From Cellvibrionaceae bacterium (GTDB taxonomy: Bacteria > Pseudomonadota > Gammaproteobacteria > Pseudomonadales > Cellvibrionaceae), in assembly GCA_028281575.1 (NCBI GenBank), contig JANQJP010000030.1:67401-131400 (forward strand): a stretch of DNA of 64,000 nucleotides, written 5' to 3'. How positions within the stretch are numbered: the stretch's first letter is position 1; every line of letters begins with the position of its first letter. The position numbers were made by a program, and so were the translations under genes. Below the pieces are notes generated by a model. That model saw only the letters and a list, made by a program, of their open reading frames with translations, searched no databases and had not been told where the DNA came from. Below are positions 59,433 through 64,000 of this stretch, one piece after another.

Positions 59433-61271
59433 TTATTCGTTTTCAGATTCCGCTTCTACGTTGTTGACAACGTAAACTTTGTTACGGCCACCGGTTTTAG
59501 CCAAATAAAGCGCTTTGTCGGCGTGCAATAAAACTGAGGTTGGACTCAATTTTTCGGTATTGTGTTCAGCCTTTAAGGTATAGAGGCCACAGCTAAGCGT
59601 AATAAAATCTGCGACATCGGAATAGTGATGTTCCAGTTGTTCGCCGCGTATTTTTTCTAAAGCATGATCTGCGATGGCGAGCGCTTCGTCACTATTGGCG
59701 TTATTGATAATTGCGACAAATTCCTCTCCGCCATAGCGCGCGACGAAGTCTGATTTTCGCGTAAACACATGTTTTAGTATTTTTGCTACACGTTGTAGGC
59801 ATTCATCTCCTGCAATATGTCCATAGTTATCGTTGTAATTTTTAAAGAAATCCACGTCGAACATGGCGAGCGAAAGTGTTTCTGCATTACTTCGCGCGTC
59901 TTTTAGAAGTTTTATTAGTGCTGTATCAAAATACCGGCGGTTGTAGACTTTGGTCAGAGAATCTTCAAACGCGATTTTCTTCATCTGAAGGGCGGTTTCG
60001 GAGAGTTCCTCGGTGCGCTCCGCGACGGCACGTTCAAATGATTCGCGAAAATTTTCGGAAGAGAATGCTTCAATGTTTTCCCCGTCTGTATTACATAGTA
60101 TGCAGACAAAGTGATCGCCGTCGCGCCGGCGGTCTCGGTTAACTGTCACCTGTAAGGGTAGAATTTTTCCGTCTTTGTGTTGGAAGTGAAACGACTGAAT
60201 GATACCTTGACTTTTTTTGTCAAAATAATTTTTGATGTTGAAATCAACATTGAGTTTTCCTTTATATAATTGTTGATCCGGCATAATGTAATCGAAATCA
60301 TTTCCGATGAGCTCCTGTAGGGTATAGCCCAGAATTTTTTCGGTATTTTTATCTGCGAAGTCGATCATGCCATTTTCTCTCAGCATAATTTTTCCACGAG
60401 AATCTTTGTTCGGCGTACATGAACCGCGCACAACTAATTTAACGCCTAGGCGTAAAGATTTTGTTTTGCCGTGGACGATGACGTTTGCGAGTCTTCCGAC
60501 GAGTTCGCGCGCACCAAAGTTCACATCTTGAGTCACTGTCGTGAGTTGTGGCTCGCAAAGCCGGGCGATGGTTTGGTCGTCAAAGCCTATGACCGAAACA
60601 TCGTCTGGAACTGATAGGCCGAGACCGCCGAGGATATCGATCGCGTCTACAGCAACGACGTCATCAGGTGCAAAAATCGCGTCGAAATCGACGTTTGCTT
60701 CGATTAATTGATGGTTTATCGCAGCAAATGTTGGATGGTGTTGTTCTTTTTGAGGCTTTAATATCAATTTGTCATTGACCGCAATTTCATATTCAGCTAG
60801 GGCTTTGCTATAGCCCTGATAGCGTTCGAGTAATTCGGGGTGGTCAACATGGCGATAGCCTAAAAAAACAATGCGGCGGCGTCCAAGTTCCAGTAGATGG
60901 CGCGTGGCGATATAACCTCCGCGGAAATTATCACTGCCAACGACATAATGCGCGTTTGATCGAGACGTGCCACCCCAGACCACAAACGGCGCCCGATTGC
61001 GTTCTAACATTCCAATGCTCTCAGCGAAGTGCCCTTCACCCAAGACAAGTATTCCTTCAGCACGGCCAGAGTCTATATAACGGGCTTTCCAGTCGTGTAC
61101 ACCCGGAGGGAAGCTGCCGATAAGCAATTCACAACCTGCTTGCGCAACGACGTCTCCAATCTGGCCGATAAGAACGAGTAGGAATGGGTCGGATGTCGCA
61201 ATCCCTGGTTTTTTGTGTGTGGGGCACACCAGTGCAATCGTCTTGCCTCGTAACTTCTCTAAGGCGTTCAT
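59433..61271 (-). CDS. Diguanylate cyclase (GGDEF) with an N-terminal periplasmic-binding-protein-like (LacI-type sugar-binding) sensor domain and a PAS region.
   Basis: RYGGEEF active site. The first ~280 aa show the Peripla_BP fold with no signal peptide or HTH. PAS-like segment (ILGYTLQELIGNDFDYIMP). Confidence 0.75.
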   Translation of the reverse strand: MNALEKLRGKTIALVCPTHKKPGIATSDPFLLVLIGQIGDVVAQAGCELLIGSFPPGVHDWKARYIDSGRAEGILVLGEGHFAESIGMLERNRAPFVVWGGTSRSNAHYVVGSDNFRGGYIATRHLLELGRRRIVFLGYRHVDHPELLERYQGYSKALAEYEIAVNDKLILKPQKEQHHPTFAAINHQLIEANVDFDAIFAPDDVVAVDAIDILGGLGLSVPDDVSVIGFDDQTIARLCEPQLTTVTQDVNFGARELVGRLANVIVHGKTKSLRLGVKLVVRGSCTPNKDSRGKIMLRENGMIDFADKNTEKILGYTLQELIGNDFDYIMPDQQLYKGKLNVDFNIKNYFDKKSQGIIQSFHFQHKDGKILPLQVTVNRDRRRDGDHFVCILCNTDGENIEAFSSENFRESFERAVAERTEELSETALQMKKIAFEDSLTKVYNRRYFDTALIKLLKDARSNAETLSLAMFDVDFFKNYNDNYGHIAGDECLQRVAKILKHVFTRKSDFVARYGGEEFVAIINNANSDEALAIADHALEKIRGEQLEHHYSDVADFITLSCGLYTLKAEHNTEKLSPTSVLLHADKALYLAKTGGRNKVYVVNNVEAESENE

Positions 61272-61319
61272 TGTGATTTGCGTCCTTTCGCGCAGTTGTG
61301 GTGCAAGTATCGCTTATTA

Positions 61320-61585
61320 GGGCCTGTTAACACTAATTGAATTGTCACTGTTGTGTCTGAAAACGCGCTAGTTTAGGCGCGAGGAGAGTAGTTTGGTGAA
61401 CCTTACCGTTTCCTGCTCTCGCCCCTTGCCCACATCCGTGTGGCCAACGACGGATAGCGTGTTTTCAGACACAACCCGAATTCCTACATGGATGTAGGTT
61501 ATTAGAGCGACGCAGGATGCCAAAGCCGAGCTGGACAAAAAAATAGCCTCCAGCAGTGATGATTCAATTAGTGTTAACAGGCCCT
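61320..61585. mobile_element. MITE-like element bounded by 23-bp perfect terminal inverted repeats.
   Basis: gggcctgttaacactaattgaat ... attcaattagtgttaacaggccc, with nested internal inverted repeats (gtgtctgaaaacgc / gcgtgttttcagacac). No ORF. Confidence 0.6.
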
Positions 61586-61726
61586 AGATTAAGTTTAGTC
61601 GTTGCAATAAAAATTGCGTGTGCATTTAAGGTATGTAAGGTGCGTACTTTTTCAATTAACGCCTGGAGTTTTTTATCGTATAGGGCAGCGTCTAATAAAT
61701 GATTACTAGGATTAACGCGCGAGATA

Positions 61727-62272
61727 TTAATTCGGTCTGAGGACCATTAAAAAGAAAATCGCTATTAGGCAGCCAACGACCGGGCAGCCGAGGAAAAACC
61801 AATTGCTAAATTGGCGAAAGTAACGCTCGGGAAGCTCTGATTCACTTTTAACGCATTGAGCGAGAATCTTTTCTATCCGAATCTGGATGCGCACTGTACG
61901 GACCCAGAAAATGACTGCTGCAATATAGAGGATATAGCTCATTGCGAGCCAGAGGTCTTTCCAGTTGTAGTTTGCATTCCACAATAGCCATAGCCCACTT
62001 GCTGGCTGAGCAATGATGGCGGGTAATATTAATATAAAACTGGCGAGCACGGCGGTGCGCGCGGCGTAGTATTTTTCCGGGATGGTGCCGCTAAAATGTG
62101 CGCGAAGCATGGAAAAAGCAGTACCGATACCTGCTCCGAATAAAATGGCTGAGCTGAGAATGTGCGCCGCTTTCATCAGTAAGTAGGTATTCATAAGACC
62201 TGCCTTACGTCCCGCTTTAAGGACTCGCGCTGTATGTAACATAAATTCGCAATAAGCGAACTGTGTATACAC
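61727..62272 (-). CDS. Integral membrane protein (DUF2269-like; four TM helices).
   Basis: Hydrophobic segments. The probable start is the internal Met (MNTYLL...). Confidence 0.35.
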   Translation of the reverse strand: MYTQFAYCEFMLHTARVLKAGRKAGLMNTYLLMKAAHILSSAILFGAGIGTAFSMLRAHFSGTIPEKYYAARTAVLASFILILPAIIAQPASGLWLLWNANYNWKDLWLAMSYILYIAAVIFWVRTVRIQIRIEKILAQCVKSESELPERYFRQFSNWFFLGCPVVGCLIAIFFLMVLRPN

Positions 62273-62565
62273 TGTGGCCAGTTAATGACGTCGCTAATAA
62301 GAGGGAGTTGTTGTTGCATTTTTTAACTATTATCGTTGTTTTCCCCGCCTGGTCATATAATAAGGCGTATCGTGAAAAGGTCCACCGTCAATGTGACTTT
62401 ATTCAACATGATGAATCAGATGCCAGTCAGTTTCAAGTAGATCAACCCCTCTTACGTAATAAATCTGATATTGTCTCGCGAATAGGGACGCTTTCAGTAT
62501 GCAGTGCTAGTCGTGGCGGATCGTTTCAATACGGTTTGACCATCGATAAGCGCTTTAGTGCGGAT

Positions 62566-63954
62566 TTATTGCTTACTCAGTACCATTGCCTTTAGTTGCA
62601 AAAAAGTCTGATTGGTGGGGTCTTTGTCGAGAACTGCGTCGATGATGCCAAGCGCCCGTTTGGGCTTACCCAGTGCGTCGAGCGTGAGGCTATACGCGTA
62701 TTGGTACTGCAGGTTATCGGGAACCGCCTGAGCTGCTCGGTTTAGGTGGTGTTCTGCACTGTCCAGGTCTTCGAGGCGCACGTATAAAAGCCCCAGAGAG
62801 TAGTGGACTGTTGCGTTTTCCGGAGATGCCCTTAGCGCTTTTTTTAGCAATGCCTCGCTTAGATAATCGCGTTCTGACATTCGGTACAGATCGGCTAAAT
62901 TTAACATCCCGAGAACCAGTCTATCGTCGATTTTTAACGCCGTTTTAAGTGATTCTTCTGCTTTATCAAATTCGCCAAGTTCAAGGTAAAAGTTACTTAG
63001 ATTTACATGATTTTCAGCGATATCGCTGTTTGCCATTAACAGCGCGATATAATCTCGTTGCGCATGGTCGATTTCCGATTGCTGCTCTGGCGTTAAGCCG
63101 GATACAGGCATTCCTGCCAGTATCCGGCCTGCCTCGCTGCGAACGCGAATAGATTTATTCGTGAGAAGTGGGCGTGCGAATGGATAGCGTGCTTTGACGG
63201 GCAGCGTTTGTAGAACAGCCAATGCGGCGATTCTGATGTCAATTGAGGGGGCGTTGAGGTTTTTAATGGCGCTATTCAGAGCTTCCTGGCTCGGAAAATC
63301 CTGCAGTAATTTAAATGCTGCAACGCGCGCAATCTCGGGTTCGGCCTTGGACTCTGCCAATACGATCAACTGTTCCAGCGCGTCGGCTTTTCTACTTTGC
63401 CCAGCGGAGATCGCATGGCCAAAATGGGGTTTCCTCAATGTCGAGTTCGGGTACCAGTTGAGCACCGCGGTATTTGCCCACTGCGGGTCTTTGTCTTTAT
63501 GGCACTGCGTGCAAGCATTTGGCACACCGAGCTCTAATGTTAAGTCAGGGCGCGGAATGCGTATGCTGTGGTCTCTGCGGTCATCTACCACCATGTAGGT
63601 GGTGGCCGGCATATGGCAGTTCGCGCACATGGCACCAGTACTGTTATGCGGGTGTTTATGGTGTTTGCTTGTGTCAAAGGTTTCGGGTTTATGGCACTGT
63701 GCGCATACCTGATTTTCTGGAAAGCGTAACTTCAGACTGTGGGGTTCATGACAATTACTGCACTCGACACCATGTTGGTACATTTTGCTTTGTAAAAAAG
63801 AACCGTACACGTAGTTCTCTTCTAAAATCTGCCCATCTGCGTGGTAGATGCCTTCATCGAGTGACTGCAGCGCGTGGGTTTCCGCAAAAGGTCGAGCAAA
63901 AGAATCTTCATCGATTTTCATGCGGCGACTGTGGCAACTTGCACAGGTATCCAT
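62566..63954 (-). CDS. Penta-haem c-type cytochrome with C-terminal TPR repeats (the N-terminus may extend beyond the window).
   Basis: Five CxxCH motifs (CASCH, CSNCH, CAQCH, CANCH, CTQCH) followed by a TPR-like Ala/Leu-rich helical repeat region. Confidence 0.7.
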   Translation of the reverse strand: MDTCASCHSRRMKIDEDSFARPFAETHALQSLDEGIYHADGQILEENYVYGSFLQSKMYQHGVECSNCHEPHSLKLRFPENQVCAQCHKPETFDTSKHHKHPHNSTGAMCANCHMPATTYMVVDDRRDHSIRIPRPDLTLELGVPNACTQCHKDKDPQWANTAVLNWYPNSTLRKPHFGHAISAGQSRKADALEQLIVLAESKAEPEIARVAAFKLLQDFPSQEALNSAIKNLNAPSIDIRIAALAVLQTLPVKARYPFARPLLTNKSIRVRSEAGRILAGMPVSGLTPEQQSEIDHAQRDYIALLMANSDIAENHVNLSNFYLELGEFDKAEESLKTALKIDDRLVLGMLNLADLYRMSERDYLSEALLKKALRASPENATVHYSLGLLYVRLEDLDSAEHHLNRAAQAVPDNLQYQYAYSLTLDALGKPKRALGIIDAVLDKDPTNQTFLQLKAMVLSKQ

Positions 63955-64000
63955 TTGTTTAAGGTTCGTATTGCCATAGCTATGCGTATTTTGGGAAGTT

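Overview
Roughly 46% GC. The gene content suggests a marine polysaccharide-degrading gammaproteobacterium (Cellvibrionaceae-like, e.g. Saccharophagus-type); that is inference.

Layout:
- 1–9.6 kb: a 5'-truncated NRPS-type PCP–thioesterase gene, a CBM9-like secreted protein and a 2064-aa lipoprotein amylopullulanase (GH13 amylase, three CBM-like modules, GH13 pullulanase, two more CBM-like modules).
- 9.6–25.3 kb: an AT-rich accessory island. It holds two giant lipoproteins (one frameshifted), an AbiEi/AbiEii-like type IV toxin–antitoxin pair, an antitoxin plus frameshifted ParE/RelE-like toxin, several IS3-family remnants, a decayed transposase, a TonB-C protein, and a class II Fic protein with repeated palindromic operator-like sites.
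- 25.35–31.05 kb: a dense plus-strand tRNA gene array of about 28 tRNA or tRNA-like genes, typically separated by 5–12 nt, most ending in an encoded CCA followed by AAT(T). An HNH endonuclease gene and a small SD-preceded ORF sit inside it.
- 31.4–34.0 kb: an SPFH/band-7 gene and a complete IS3-family element with an extra frameshift in orfA.
- 34.3–64 kb: mostly ordinary core genes. These include a second GH13 amylase lipoprotein, a GlcG/HbpS-like protein, an aldo-keto reductase, LysR and LacI regulators, an MFS sugar transporter, a fused AMP-ligase–ACP–acetyltransferase, PTS EIICB and EIIA–HPr–EI, an AsmA-like protein, a TonB-dependent receptor flanked by two tryptophan-halogenase-family genes, TetR and SDR genes, a GGDEF protein with a periplasmic-binding-protein-like sensor domain, a MITE-like inverted-repeat element, and a penta-heme cytochrome c with TPR repeats.

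The most unusual signal is in the tRNA array. Four tRNA genes carry a ~75–80-nt structured insertion at the same site in the T-arm. Two of those also carry a second insertion family in the D-region. Compensatory changes across copies support RNA structure for both families. Three Leu-type tRNAs have lost the long variable arm. One further tRNA-like gene has its acceptor strands about 215 nt apart.
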